From Proteromonas lacertae (taxonomy: Eukaryota), in NCBI GenBank assembly GCA_002245135.1, contig NGBS01001186.1, positions 1-64,000 of the forward strand: DNA of 64,000 bases, in the 5' to 3' direction. Position 1 is the stretch's first letter. Each line of letters starts with the position of its first letter. The translations under genes and the position numbers were made by a program. The notes under the pieces were generated by a model. It worked only from the letters and a program-made list of their open reading frames with translations, was not told the origin of the DNA and ran no database searches. Of the stretch, positions 1 to 15,200 are shown piece after piece.

Positions 1-3000
1 TACTTGAAAGATTTAATGATGAATTTTTATCAACAAATTTGTTTAAATATTTACATATTATTTCTATTCCTCATCACACCAATTGGATTATCATGTATTG
101 AAATATAAAAAGCTGTTAACTGTTTTAATCCTTTAGAAGTTATTTGATTGTTGGATAAATCAAGACTATCGTAATTAATCAATGTAATTTTAGATAAGAG
201 AATCATCAATGTTCATATCTATTTCATTACAAATATAGAAAAACATACTTGAAAAATCATATTGTCTATCATATCTTACAGATCTGTTAAGACAATAATT
301 GAAATAGTATTTCAATTCATCATTCCCCATAATTTAGTATTAATTTCTATAAAATGGACAATTTGATTTTAAACAAAATTGATTTTAATCCTCTCATTCT
401 GATATTGTTGTCATTCAAATATATTATTCTGCATTCTCCAATTGAATCAATTTTATTTAGCAATAATATTACACTTTTCATCTATTTCCATATTACTTAA
501 ATCCATTTCATATGGTGGATTATCATTTACTAACATTTGTAAATTATCTTGTAGTAATTTAAATCCTGAATTACCTATCGGATTATCTATTACACAAAAT
601 ATTAGATATATATATATATCATTATACGATGTATGAACAACTTTTCTATATTATATTCTTTTCTTTCATAAAGCTAATCAGATATTCTATTCCTGTTAAA
701 TCATATTATTCTCACTTACATCAAGCATAATCTTTTCTTCCTCATTCATTAAACCATCTAATAAGTATTTCACCCCAACTGTAGATAATCCCATTTCTAT
801 TTTTAAATATTAAACAATGATTACTAATACTTGAACAATCTATTTTATTACTGTAATTTTTTCATCAAATGCAAATGTGAAGATAATATTCTCATTCCTT
901 CATTTCCTATTTCATTCCCATTCAATTGAAGATGTTCAAGAGTTGAAATAAAGATAGATTGCCAATCAGTAGCTCTATACTTTTATGTGTTAGTTTATTA
1001 TCTATCAAATAGGAAAACATCATACTATACTACTCAAATCAAACTCTTTTATTTCTTTATTCATTTGATCTTAAAGAAATGAAGGACTTTAAAAAATCAT
1101 CATCAATACCTAAATTAGACATATATAATCCATTTGTCCAATTTCTGATATATCTGATTAATTCTGGAATGTCTTTATCAATCAACAGTTCTTTACTTCT
1201 GCTATTAAAATCAAATTCAACTTTTGAAATAGGTAATTTGGAAAATAAAGCTTTTAAACCTATTGAATTGATATAGTAATTTCGTCTAATATTTATTCTG
1301 TTAATATTTGGATAATTATGCATTCTTTTTGATAATAAAATCATCGATTTATCATTTAAATTCATTCCTCTAAAATTCAATTCATTATCTTTGTTGATTA
1401 ATAAGTGTAAATGTGGTAGTAATAATCTGAATCCTTTTGAACCAATTGAATTATCTATTTCATAATTATATAAAACTGATATTTTATACTTTTAAGATTT
1501 AGATACTTCAACTTCATCAATGGAATTGATTGAACAAATGATTCGATAAAGTGAAAAGTAAGATAACATTTTGATAAATCTAATTCTTGAAGATTATTGA
1601 ACTGATTAAAATATGATCGAATAACATTTGATAATGATAGGGAATATTCAAAGAATCTAATTAAATAATAAATTCAATCAATATTATTATACAAAATTTT
1701 AGTTTTCTTGGATTGATTAATTTCATTATTTTGAAGAAATAATGCATTCCTATTTCGCAGAAACATAGACATTTTGAATCAATTACAAATAATTCTTTGT
1801 CTAGAGAGTAATTTTTGATATTAAATATCATTTTATCTAAATAACATCCTTCACTTTTAGATCCTATGATATGATGATGTAATCTATTATATGTTCTTTC
1901 TTTACATAAGCGTTTAACTTGAAATTTAAGTGAATGTTTTATTACACGATTATAATAATCTATTTTACATAGTTTCATCATCAACAATATTGAAATAATT
2001 CTTTCATTATATTTATTGTTGTAATATTCTATCAAATCATCTCCAATTTCTTCATATTTGTCACTCTTAATGTAATATTTTGATTGAATATCAGTAAATG
2101 GTGATATTTCTATAAAATAATCATTATAGAATAATATTTCTTTTCTTTCTCCACATATCATCATGTTATTATCACCTTCATCTCTCAATATTTCACGTCA
2201 TTTTAATCATCTCTTTTTCAACTCTTTTAAACTCAATCGATCTTCACTTTTCATTTTTAACATTCTGTCTATCATTTCTTTCATCATATCATCACATTCT
2301 ACATTAAAACTGTACTTACATCTCTTAATATTATTCAGAGTTTTGTTGATATTATTATCTTCGTTAAATGGTAATTTCTTACAATCATTTCAAATAATAT
2401 ACATCCAATTGACCAATTCACACTTTTATCATTACATTCATATCCATTCAACTCTTCAGGGCTTTTAAAACAGATATTATATAGCCTAATATCTTCATCT
2501 TTTCTCAATGTGTTTAAGAATAAATCGCATAGCTTTATATTCTCATTCTCAATAATTACATTACTACTCTTCAGATAACTTAGCATTAAATTATATTTAT
2601 ATAATATCATCAATGTATCACATATACCACATATCACATTACATATATCATCACCTGATAGGGATTTATTTTGAATTAAGCATTCTAAGTCTCTCAAGTA
2701 ATAAATTCGTGATATTATTATACATTCACCTACATTATTCATCTGATACACTCTAGAAGGATGTATGAAGCAAAAACTACTATCTAACAACAAACAGTTA
2801 TTTTCATTGAATTTTAATAGCATATTCTCTTTAATTCCACCAATATCTAGAATTTTCACATTTTTATTATAGTTTCCACGTTGTATAAATAAATCTACTT
2901 CATTATTATTCTTTTTAACTCTTTCTTTTATCTACATAAATTAATTTAAATAAAATACTAGAAATTCAGAAGGTAATATTGAGGATATAACATCATCTAC

Positions 3001-3015
3001 AAAAGAATTCAGCAT
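1..3015 (-). pseudogene. Pseudokinase + leucine-rich-repeat gene, copy 1 (frameshifted; 3' end runs off the window)
   Basis: ATG at 3015 (MLNSFVDDVISSILPSEFL, 27-nt intron, IKERVKK). Kinase-like motifs YLKSSNV, KLCDLF, FKSPEEL, WSIGCIL, then RI-type LRRs colinear with copies 2 and 3. Single-base indels near 2384 and 2195-2218, with more indels toward position 1. Confidence 0.75.
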
Positions 3016-3073
3016 TTTAATTATTGTTTCAAAATATAGATTCGTTTCGTTTATTATTTAAAATTAAAATTGA

Positions 3074-4279
3074 ATGAATATAGATAATACTCATTATAAT
3101 AAAATATATAATCATCAAATAGGTATAAAATAGTTACTAATAATTTCAAACAGAACTGTTAGATTGCTTACAGGGAATATTTGAAGATCTTCGTATAGTT
3201 GTTATTCATTAGATATGTAAATAGAAGGTAGATCCAATAAAAACATAAATGAAACTAGAGAAACAAAGCGATCCATCTCACCAATATCAACTCCATTATC
3301 TGAACCATCTTTTTCTAATTGGAAGCAAAGAAATAAAGTATTTATATTAAATTATATATGTATAGACTTTTTTGGATGAATTGAAACTTAATAATAATGA
3401 AAGTTGTGAAAAGAATAGAGTTAAAAGTTATATGAATTCAAAAATGTCTGATAAGACAACTCAAGAGATTAACGAGTTTAGACGAAGAAAAAAGGAAGAA
3501 GAAGAAGAAGAATTAACATTAAAGCCGCAAATTAATAAACAAAGTGAAAAACTAAACAGATCAATAGATGCTTTAGTGAGATGGAATGAAAATAAGTATA
3601 AATTATTATACTTATCATTTATAGAGAAGAAAAGTTGAATAAAAGAAGAAGAGAAAGAGAGAACAATGAAATTAATCAATATAATTTTCAATCCTCAAAA
3701 TCTAGTAAAAAAATGTTGAAAAATAGAAGAAATATACCAATAGAAGATAAATTATTAAGTGATAAAGAATTATATGATAAACATAAGAAAGAACTTTTAC
3801 AGATGTATACTCCATCATATAAACCTCATATCAATCATACAAGATCATCATCATCTTTATTATTAAGAAGCTCAAGTAGTAATAGTTATAATAATAATAA
3901 TAATAATAGCAATTTAGATTTTAAACAAAGATTAACTATAGCAGCAAATATGAGTAATAAAAATGAAAATATTAAAACTAAAAGTGCTCCAACAACTCCA
4001 ACAAATAAACCACTGAAATTAGTATTGAAAAAGAAGAAGAATATTTCATCAGTTTCAACCATAATTGATAATGAGGAAGGATATGGATGGATTAACAATG
4101 CATTAAATTCAGAAAAAATAGAAACTAGAAAATCTTTGAATAATAATGAGTTAATAAAGAATAGTATATGGTATGAGTATAAATCAGATAAAGGATATCC
4201 TTATTACTACAATCCTAAAAGTGGTGAAACAGTATGGCAAGCTCCAAAGAATGCCAAAATTCAAGTGATGTTTGATTAA
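3074..4279 (+). CDS. Multi-exon protein with C-terminal WW domain
   Basis: WYEYKSDKGYPYYYNPKSGETVWQAP is a WW domain. The ORF pieces join through short GT-AG introns. The start codon is inferred. Confidence 0.75.
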
Positions 4280-4394
4280 TTAATAACTCTTTACAGCTAA
4301 AAACATACAAAGGAAGTAATATAAAGTATTATGAATTATTTAAATATAAAATGCGTTTGTGACGAAGATGTTATACATTCTATTTACATTTGTT

Positions 4395-5048
4395 TTACTT
4401 TATCTTTAAATCGGATGATATATTTCTATTTATAGCTCTATAAAACCTTCCTGAGTTATTCAACGATGAAGGATCTCGAAAATTATGATCGAGTGTATTA
4501 TTATTCGTAATTAACGGCATATCTGGGAAATGTTCATGATGACAGTTTTTACATTCACTATTTTCATCATCAAACTTATAATTCTTACATGCACAAAAGT
4601 TACACATAAATTCATCACCTTCAAATTCTTGAGTTGCATCTAAATCATTAAATAAAATTACTATAAACTATACCATCACTTGTTTTGCTAATGTTAAGAG
4701 GTGAAACAACCTCGCTGTCTGAAAAGTGATCATGATGACAAATTTCACAAATATTATCTTCGTCTGCTTTTAGTTTTATACATCCACATGTAAAACACTT
4801 CAATTCTTGTGGAAAATATATTTTACCAGTTGAATCTTGTAATGTTGACGCTTGTGCTAAAAATAACTTATTATATTCATACTATGTGGATGTTGGCAGT
4901 TTTTACAATAATATAGCACGTCCGGGTTGTAATTGTTACATTTGCAATCAGGACACTGTGAAAAATTAGCCTTCAGAGTATCAATATCATTAAAATTAGC
5001 TAGAATAGCTATAGTAGGGAATATACTATCCTTTATATCTAACGCCAT
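4395..5048 (-). CDS. Small 3-exon protein with three Cys/His (putative zinc-binding) repeats
   Basis: Exons encode CPDCKC..CKNCQHPH, CFTCGC..CEICHHDH and CNFCAC..CKNCHHEH, joined by two short GT-AG introns. Confidence 0.75.
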
Positions 5049-5169
5049 TAAATGATTAAAAACTATGAAACGAATATATTTTTTGAAGATTATCAATTTT
5101 CCCATCAAAAACAACAATAATATTGTAAATTTAATAGAATACTATCCATTCATATAAAAAAATTAGTTA

Positions 5170-6067
5170 TTACTTTCTCCTTTTTTCAACTTGTTTAGGA
5201 TGAGAAGGTGGAACGCCTATTTGACCTGGAATCGCAAATTGAGTAGGTGGACAGGATGCTGATGGTCTCATCATCATAGGTCTAAATCCCTGTGGGGATA
5301 TTGATCTTCCATTCATCATAATCGGTTGTCCCATCATTGGCTGGCCCATACCACCCATCATTGGTTGTCCCATCATAGGTTGTCCCATAGGACTCATCAT
5401 TGGCATCATTGGCATCATAGGAGGTGAATTAGATCTATTATTATGTGCAGGCATCATCATAGGTGATGGTGATGCTATTCTAACCATTTGACCACCAGGC
5501 ATCATTCCCATTGATGGTTGTGGTGAAACCATGGATGGATTGAAGTATTGAGGTAATGGGAAAGCTTGTTGAGGTTGTTGTGAATGATGTTTATGTTGTT
5601 GTGAAGAGGATGGAACTGCATCATTATTATCATCACCATCTTGTTGTTGTTGTTGTTGTTTCTTGTTACTGGAATGGCGATGTTGTGATTGTTGTGGTTG
5701 TTGTGGTTGAGGGAATGGTGAAGCAATCATCATCGGTACCATACCATTACTACCATCAGTACTACCCATAGGAGATGGACATAAGAATATTGGTTGAGCA
5801 CCACCACTATATTGAGAAGGTATTTGACCTGGTAATAAAGGAGATTGAGATCTTTGCATTTGTTGTAATTGAGCTAATGACATTTGTTGGGGTGGCATAA
5901 ACATCATTGGTGTTTGAGGTGGTGGAATTACTTGACATTGTTGTTGTTGTTTTTTATGATTATTATTATTGTTGTTGTTTTCAACATCTACTGATTCTGT
6001 TTCTGTTGTATATGAACTACTATAACTACTTACACTGTCATCATCATATTCTTCTTCATATTCTCTA

Positions 6068-6100
<33 letters not shown>

Positions 6101-6855
6101 ATTGCTTTTGGTTTTGACTGTTGTTTTGGTGGTGATGGTGTTTTATTTTTGGAAAATTTCTTATCTGATGATTGTAATTTAATATAAGATGCATGAACTG
6201 ATTTTTCATATTCTGCATTGTTATAAGCGATGGAATATCGATCTCTGCCTACTTTAGCGTCAATTTTACCTGGTAACCAAACCATGCTTGTATTAAATTT
6301 ACACAAAATTGGATCACCTTTTTTATAATGTCCAACACATTCTCTCACTGAAAATAAGGCTAAATCTTGTTGTTTGACTAATTTCAGTTGTTCGTTATCA
6401 TCACATAATACACTATAACTACTTGGATCATAATCTACTGGGATTGTTCCTTGTTCTACATATTCTTCTAAATCTCCTAATTCAGCTATAATTTTCTTTT
6501 CTATAATACCAGGATACCAATTGCCATTCATATATTTTACAAGTATACGGGAGTTAGGTAAGTATCTACCAGTAATTTGAACAAAAGGTTGTAGACGCTC
6601 ACTTTTTACGATTTCCGTACGCTGGGACTTTCTATGATTATAATTAATTATGTATCTACAAAATAAAAAGAAACCGAAATACCGTTTTGGTCTAGAATTG
6701 ATTACATTTGCAACTTTACCCTTTACCCATCCTTCTTTACCTTCTATTTTGAGGAGTACATACTCTCCTAAGTGATAAGTGAACTCTGCTGGATATTTCA
6801 GATTGGATTGAGAGTTAGTTGACATTGAATATATAGATTTAGCAGGAGAAGTCAT
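5170..6855 (-). CDS. Triple Tudor/Agenet-like domain protein with Q/P/M-rich tail
   Basis: Three beta-barrel-type repeats (GWVKGKV, NWYPGII, VWLPGKI..YSIAY.NAEYE). Probable in-frame 27-nt intron at 6656-6682, absent from the paralog. Confidence 0.75.
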
Positions 6856-7113
6856 AATTTAATAAAATTAAACAGATATGCTGGTCTAAACAGGAAATAG
6901 ACTTTAAAATTTTAAACTGGCAAAATATCGTTACTAACGAATATATTTTTATAACAGTTTTAAATTAATTCCAAAAATGTATTCGTTTTATGATTTTTCA
7001 TAAAAATTTTCGACACACAATTATTCATTACCCAAATACAACAAATATTTAATTAATAAAATCAGTAATATAATATATTTTATTTTAGCTTATAGTATTC
7101 GTCGCTATACAAT

Positions 7114-10100
7114 TTAATGTCTATGATGATGACTTCTATGACTGCTTCTATGACTACTGCCACTTAAACGACTAAGTCTTCCTAAACGTTGAGGTGATAT
7201 AAATGTCACAGTTTGAGGCATACTATTTAAAACTGGAGGACTTGTTTGATAAAAGCTATTGATCAATGGTGATGAATTAGGCATGGCCATTTGTGGATTA
7301 TAACCATTATTGTTAGCAAAAGGTGAAGGATTCATAAATGCACCATACAATGGTTGTGGTGGAGGTGAGAATGTCTGTTGAGGTTGTGGAGGTGGTTGTT
7401 GTTGGAATAATTGAGCTGGACTTACTGGAGTTGGACCTGAAGTATGAATTGTTAAAGACACACCTGGTTTCATATGATTCAACGGTGAATTGGGAGATAA
7501 TAATTCAGGGGATAATATTGCAGGTGATGGTCCTGTTGTTGTGGCTACTATTCTACTACCTGGCTTGACATTGTTAATCATTGCTTCAACTGCTTCTGGT
7601 GTAATAACTGGAGGTGAATTACTAGATGCACGAGCTACAAATGTTTGTCCTGGTTTGAGATTCTTCATAACATGTGAAATCATTGGTGCATTCATTTGAG
7701 CTTGTGTTTGAGGTTGTTGCATCATCATTTGTTGTTGTTGTTGTTGTAATGGTTGACGTTGTATTGGTGCAGTTTCTGTTATTGTTAATATTGTTTGACT
7801 TCTCTTACTATGTCTTGGCATAATAATTTGTTGAGTTCTACTTATAGTCTGTGGTTGATTCTGCATTGGGAATTGTGGTTGAGTTGGAGGCATCATGGAA
7901 GGAGCCATCATCATCTGTTGTTGTGGTGGTGGTTGTTGATATTGAGTCATTGGATATTGTGTCATTGGTGGTTGTTGATACATATTAGGTGGTTGTTGAT
8001 ACATTGGAGGTTGTTGTTGTGGTTGATACATTGGTTGAGATTGTTGTGGCATCATTGTACTGCCTTGAAGGAATGGATCAGGTGAATCAACCATCATACT
8101 GTTTTGACCAATTGCAATAGCAGGATTAGCAGCTTGTAATACAACTGGTGATGCTCCTGGTGATCTTATTAGAACAGGTTGTCCAGCAGGTCTGATTAAT
8201 TTAGATTGATCAGCTTTAGCGGATGATGAGGATGATTCTTTCTTATGATGATGATGGTGAGATTTAGAAGATGATTTTGCAGATGATTTATTGGATTTAA
8301 TTGGTGATGGTTCTGGTGATGGAACAATGATTGGAACATCTACTGGATATGGCATAAATATTGGTTGTTTCTGTGATTCTTTCTTTACTAATTGTTCAGA
8401 TAATCTCTTCTCAACTCTATTACTTTGACTTGTAGCTGAAGCTGATTCTTTTCTATGTCTGTCAATTCTTTCTTGTCTCTTTTGTGATACTTCATCATGA
8501 TGATGATGGTGGTGATGGTGATGATGTCCATTTCCACTCTTACTTCTGCTCTTGCTATGGCCATTACTTCTACTATGTGAATGAGAATGAGAGCGTGAAT
8601 GGTGTGAATGATGAGTATTATTACCACTACTTCCTGATTTATCAAATGGTTCTACTAAATCTTGAATTGGTTCATCAATTATATTTTCTACTTCATTTCC
8701 CATAGATGGCTCTGATGGTGATGGATGTTCGATTTTATCTTGTAATTCTAATTGTCTTTGTTTCTCTAATTTTCTTTGTTGTTTTTCTAATTCTCTAGCT
8801 TTCTGTTGTTCTTTTTCTAATCTTGCCACTTCTTCTTCAGCTTTCTTTAATGCTTCTACAGTTGATGCTAATCTAATATAAGATCCATGTACTGATTCTT
8901 CATATTCACCATTCTTAAAACTAACTGAATATCTATCATAACCAACTCTCTTAGATATAACACCAGGTAACCAAACATTGTTTGTATTAAATTTACATTC
9001 AACAGGATCACCTTTCTTGAAATGATCTAATAATTCAATAACTCCAATAATAGCAATATCTTCATGGCATACTTCAGCTAATTTCTCATTATCATCACAT
9101 AATACAAAGTATCCGTTTGGATCACTATGTTGTGGTAATGTAAAGTCTTCTAAAGTAATATCAACACCGTCTGAATCAATAGAAGTCTCTGGAGGTTCCA
9201 TTATGATAGCTGGATACCAAGTATTGTTTAAATATTTTACTAAGATTCTTTGACCTGGTGGATATGAATCTTCACGTTGAATGACAGGTTGTATTCTTTC
9301 ATCTTTTACCATCTCAAATTTTAATAAATTATCATCTAAATAATTGACATTATATCTTCTTGGACTTCCTTCTATAATATCTAAGATTGTACCTAAAGCC
9401 CATCCTTCTCTACCATGTAATTTAACAAATACTGGATTATTGATATTGTACTGAGGTTTGAGTTCAGGCTTGTATAATCTACTATCTTTTAATGGATCAT
9501 CATTCTCGAAATCACCTTCTTCAAATGTATCACCACTTGGTATATGATTAGATATATTACTACTTTCATTTGGAACTTGGTAGGTTTGAGAATCTCTAAT
9601 ATCTGGTGAAACCCATTCACAGTTTAATGGTGCAATTTCAGTTACTGTGTATTTGTACATTGCTGCATAATTATTGATGAAATCTTCCAAGTCGATTAAT
9701 TTACTACTACTAGTTCTACACATTTGTGGTTGAGCTTGCGGTTGAGGTTTGGCTTGTTGTTGTTGTTGTTTAACAAATTCTTCCAATGGTACAACTTTAG
9801 ATATACCTTGTTTAGGTGGTTCAGTATTTACAAATTCTTCTAATGGTACAACTTTAGATTCAGATTTAACTGGATATTTATTTACAAATTCCTCTAATGG
9901 AACAACCTTTGATTCTGCTTTTAAGGGTGTTTTATTGACATATTCTTCTAATTCAACTACCTTAGATTCAGCCTGTAATGGAGTTACATTGATATATTGT
10001 TCTAACGGAACTACAGTAGATTGATGAGGAGTATGGTTATTGACGTATTCTTCTAATGGAATTACTTGAGAAACACCTTTAGATGCTTTTACATATTCTA

Positions 10101-12134
10101 CTGGCTTTTGTTGTTGTGGTTTTACTGGTTCTTCTTTTACTGGTACTGGTTCTTTTTCTTCTGGTTTAGCAGCGTAATTCTCTTTAACATAATCTTCTAA
10201 AGGAACTTGTTTTGATTTTAATGCATTTGGATCTTCTTTCACTTCAGTTGGTTTATAATTCTCTTTAACAAATTCTTCTAATGGTACTACATTAGACTTT
10301 AATGCTGCTAAATCTTTAGCATTATTAACATAATTCTCAAGTGATACAACTTCAGAACTGCCTTGGAAGAATGATTGTAATGCTTTTGGAGCTGGCTGAT
10401 GTGTTTTACTTCTTCGTATACTTCTTCTTATAGGTGATATTGGATTAGTTGCACTTGTAGTTGATCTTGCTGATGATTTAGTTGATCTTGCAGATTTCAT
10501 TGGTTTGATTTCTTTGTTATTCACTACTTCATGTGGTTTTTCATCATTATTACTATGTTGTTTTACTATTTCATCTAATTTACTTTCATCGTCAACTAAT
10601 GGTTTGACTGTTGGTTTATTATTATTATCTTCAACAACCTTTTCTTGTTGTTGTTCTTCAATTGGCTTTTCTTCTTTTACTTCTTCTTCTTCTTTTTCCA
10701 TCACTGGTTTTTCTTCCTTTTCAATTGAGTCTCTTCTTCTTCTTTTGCAACAGCTGGTTTTGTTTCAGCTACTTCTCCTTCTTCTTCATTCTCTTCACTT
10801 GGTTTTACTTCTTCAGCAGCTTCTAACTCTTCTTCTTCATCTTCTTCTTTACCAACTGTATATTCAACACTTTCTAACTTCAAAGGACTAATATCTTTAT
10901 ATTCACCTTCATTCAATCCATTCTCTAATAATCCAGAATCTAATTTAGTACCATCAGGGACATAGAAATGTGATTCAATATTTATTTGGTCAGTTGGTTC
11001 TTCATAATGTTGTTCATTCAAATCTTGCTCTTCAACTTTATATCTCTTAGTCAAGCAATATATTTCACTCTCAAAGCATTCATCTGTTACATATCTTCTA
11101 AGGTAATTATATTTAATTATTCTATAACTTTGCACATAGGATGGTAAATCTTCTCTTGGAATGACAGATTCTAAAGCTGGAGCTGTAACAATAACCATTA
11201 ATTCATGTGGGAAATCAGAGTGTAGTAAAACACTATCAAATGTCTGTCCATCTTGTGGCACACAGGTTTCTAAATCAGGTTCATGTACATATGGATGAAC
11301 ATCATAATATTTACCTCTTCTTCTTTCATTTACATATTTATATCTTCCATGTGGTAAAGGTTCAATTGTATATGTTTCTACTATTGCTGTAGGACAATAT
11401 ATTTCAGATTCGACTTCTACATCTTCTTTATCTTCATATTTCTCTGGTTCTGGTTCATATTTGACTGGTCTTACTACGCCATTTAGAATACTATCTTCTA
11501 AATCTTTTGCTATTGTTCCTTCACCATACCAATGATATTGTCTGATTTCTTCACTATGTTTTAAGTCGCCAAACCATTCTGATTCTTCTGGATTGTCTAG
11601 TTTCACATCTTTACATGTTCCAACTACTTTCACTAATCTACTGACAGTTAATTCTTTTGAGTCTAACTCACTTTCTTGGATTTGATTATTATAGTATTCT
11701 TCATATGCAAATTCTATTTCACTATATTCACTCTTTGACTCTAAGTTATAGAAACAGCTGGCTGATGTATTGGTTGAGTGATATTGGCAGAAACTGGGAT
11801 TAGGGTAAATTATTTCTTCACTGGCACAAGCAGGTTGATATCTTTTCGATTCTACACAACCTTCTGATTTCATATTTACAATACTCTTTGGTAAAACCAC
11901 AGATCCAAAGGCACTTTCTAAAGGAGCAGGTGCGTAAGATATATTTCCCGTTCTGGAAGAGTTAGGCGATTCGATTGAGCCACTGATTGTACTGGTTATT
12001 CCTGTACTTTTAATATGAGAAAATGATGGGCAACATTCGTCGTAACCAAAAACAGATTCTTGATCACCATATTTAGACAATAAATCTCTGTTTGGTGTGA
12101 TCTGGCTGTCAGATTCAAGTATGATCGTTGTCAT
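7114..12134 (-). CDS. Large paralog: acidic N-terminus, ESKVVPLEEFVN tandem repeats, triple Tudor/Agenet-like domains, His/Q/P-rich tail; one frameshift near 10725
   Basis: ORFs 10701-12224 and 7114-10704 read continuously if one base is added (..EET[x]IEKEEKPVMEKEE..). The Tudor block aligns with the 5170-6855 protein. Start placed at 12134 because the opposite-strand gene starts at 12218. Confidence 0.7.
9670..10360 (-). repeat. Coding tandem repeat, about 17-aa unit (ES/KS)KVVPLEE(F/Y)V(N/K), about 11 copies
   Basis: Visible directly in the translation and as recurring ttcttctaatgg-like DNA motifs. Confidence 0.85.
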
Positions 12135-12217
12135 ATTTTGAGAAATAAAATAACGATATTTTTTCGAGCCAAGGCTTGCTTCATTAACTGCGACTTTCTT
12201 GCTAGATATACATTGGA

Positions 12218-15200
12218 ATGTCATTAAATGCTAGTTTGAGAAGTAGTACTCTTAGGTATTGAATTTTTCAATATATTTTAGCCGTAATTCAGCAAAATCT
12301 GCTCAATCGAAGAGAGTATTCCCTTTTACTAGGAAGAGTGAGAAATTCATGACTCCCATGTCTGATACAAAGTATTTTTGGAATTGTTTATATTAATTTA
12401 GATCACTTACTTCCTCATCAAGTCTTCACAAAAGATTTTGGTATATTTTTGTTATAATAAAATATTAGTTCCTCATTTTCTGGTATTTCAGGAATGTCAA
12501 ACTTCTCATTCGACAGATCAACAGTTCGTATATTTTGCACCATATATTTATAATTAGGTGATTTATTTGGCAAAGATGAAACTAATTTTTCTGTATATTG
12601 ACTTTTATAATTAAAGTAGCTTCAAGAATTGTATGATAAGAGAGATTTATTTCATAACCAAGTAGAATATTTTGAAAATAACTATATTTTCAATGAAAGT
12701 GATGAAGAAGATCCTTTAATCCAGGAAATGAATGAAGTATAATTTAATTATTAATATAATTAGATGTTGGAATCATTAGATATAGAAAATGATGAATCCT
12801 ACAAAACAGTAAAAGATAAAAACATACAGAAGTTAAAGAAATGCATTGAGAAAATTGATGAAATGATTGTAAAGAAATTAGAAGGAGAATCAAAAGCTGC
12901 AGATTCAGGTAATGAGTTGTGTATGAAATTGGCATTAGATATCGAACAAATACACAAATATACTAAAGAAAGTATTAACATATATATATTATTGTTTTAT
13001 AAAAATAGTAAAAACAAAAAATATTGAAGATGAGAATGAAAATGATATTTTATTCATTCAAAACTTCTTATGGGCTGGATTAAGAGCTGTATATTATTAT
13101 TATTATTATTATATATTTAATATTATAAATTATTATATATAGATGAAAGATGCATTAACAGACATTTGTCGTCCTGAATTAATAGTTACACCAAGTGAAT
13201 ATTATTTATCTAATTTCTATTATGTTCCAGATTTACCATCAGACAGTATTGAGAAAATGAATAATCCTGAAGACTTATTTGGTGCTTTAGAAACATTAGT
13301 CTCATCAATGCAAGATAATTATCTTAATAATAACAATAATAATACTGAAACAATGCAAACACAACAATTACAAGCTGAAACATCTACAACAACAATTGTT
13401 ACAAAATCAACCTATGTTAAAACTGAAGAAACAGTTACAGAAATAAAAGAAGAAGAAGAACAGTCTAAAGAAGAATCAAAAGAAGAAGAATCTGAAAAGA
13501 AAGACGAAGAAAATAATGTAGAAAATAAAGAAAAAGAAAAGAAAATAGAAGAATCAGATTATTTAGATGATAAATCCATTCCTTCAATAGAAAATACTCC
13601 AATACCAGCAGTCGCATTAACTTCCAGTCCAATTCCCAATGACACTTCATTACTCAATGATACAATTAATTCAGAAACTAATCCAATATCTCCCACTAAT
13701 AATAATAATAATAATTTAGATTTAGTTACAACATCATCATCATCACAGCAATTAATACCAACACTCAGTTCAGATTTAATACTATTAAGTCAATTAGTGG
13801 ATAAATTACATGAAGTGTTTATGAATCAAATTCAAACACCAAGAACAGAAGAAACACCAGTTACTACAACTGCAGCTAGTCTTCCATCATTATCAGGTTC
13901 TGAAGTAATAATGGACAAATCATTTGCATCTTCATCATCAGCATCAGCTACAGTTATTAATAATAATAATAATGTTGGTATAGTTCCAAGTGATAAATCC
14001 TATGTAATTCCTAATAATAATAAATTCCAACCACATTATTATCACACTTATCATGAACAAAAGGAATTGCATGGTGAATTGATAGAATATAAGAAAAAAT
14101 TGGAAGAATCAAATGTAAGAATTAAGAATTTAAGTGACACAATTGTTGATATGCATCAAAGACTATCAAATACAAAACAAAAGGAAGCTGAAGGGAAAAT
14201 GCACTTAAATAAACTAATTGAAACATATAACTTATTATCTGTAGAAATAGATGGATTATCACCACCATTTACTGAGATATCTGACACATTTGATCATACT
14301 AAAAAAGATTTGGAAGAATTAAGAAGTAATACAGAAAAGATATTTGAATTGGAGAAGAAATATACTGATGTTTTAGGTAAATACAATGATATGAATAGTA
14401 AATATAAAGAGTTGAATGATAGATATGATTTACAAAGACAATTATATCAAACTATAAAAGGACAATTAAAATGTATATATATATTTATATATATATTTTT
14501 TATTTATATATATAGATGTATATCCTGCAGTTCAAAGAACCCTCTCTATGCCTGAACCAGAAGCAATACAAATGGGAAATATTGGAGATGAAGACAAAGT
14601 AATTATTGATTCAAGATCAATGAAGGAATTAGAACAATTTAAACATGAGTTATCTCAATTCATAGAGAATGGTCAAAGACAATATGATTTGTTAATGCAG
14701 TGTAAGAAACCATATGGTATACTATGGAGATATGTAACTAACAATTATCAAATATCAATTAACAAACTACACGGTTTATGTGATTCATTAATGAATTCAG
14801 TTATTGATGCTATAGATAATAACAATGATGAAGATATATTTGGTGATATTGAAGGTGATGATACAAAATTAATTGGTAATTCTGCAGCAGTTACTCCAGG
14901 AAATCCAAATACAGATAATACAGGTACTGATATTGTATCAACTCCTGGAGGTAATACAAGTAGTGCAATAGATGCACAGACACGAGCTGAAAGATTGAAT
15001 TCATTGAAATTCTATTTAGATGTGTTATTGAATGGTATTGAACAATTATCTGATACTGACAGTGGTAATATTTATGTGGGTGATTTAATGGAAAGATCGT
15101 TCAATATTCTGTTTAACAATGCTGTTGATTATGAAAATGTGATAATGAAATTGAAATCTGATTTTGAAGCTTTGAAAGTGAAGAGTGGTGAGAATGAGAA

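Noticed and set aside
9670..10360. CRISPR-like spaced repeats
   Set aside because: The repeats are in-frame, degenerate at synonymous sites and inside a eukaryotic CDS.
12135..12224. ORF-track start at 12224 for the minus-strand gene
   Set aside because: It overlaps the start of the plus-strand gene at 12218. The Met at 12134 leaves a typical 83 bp divergent promoter.
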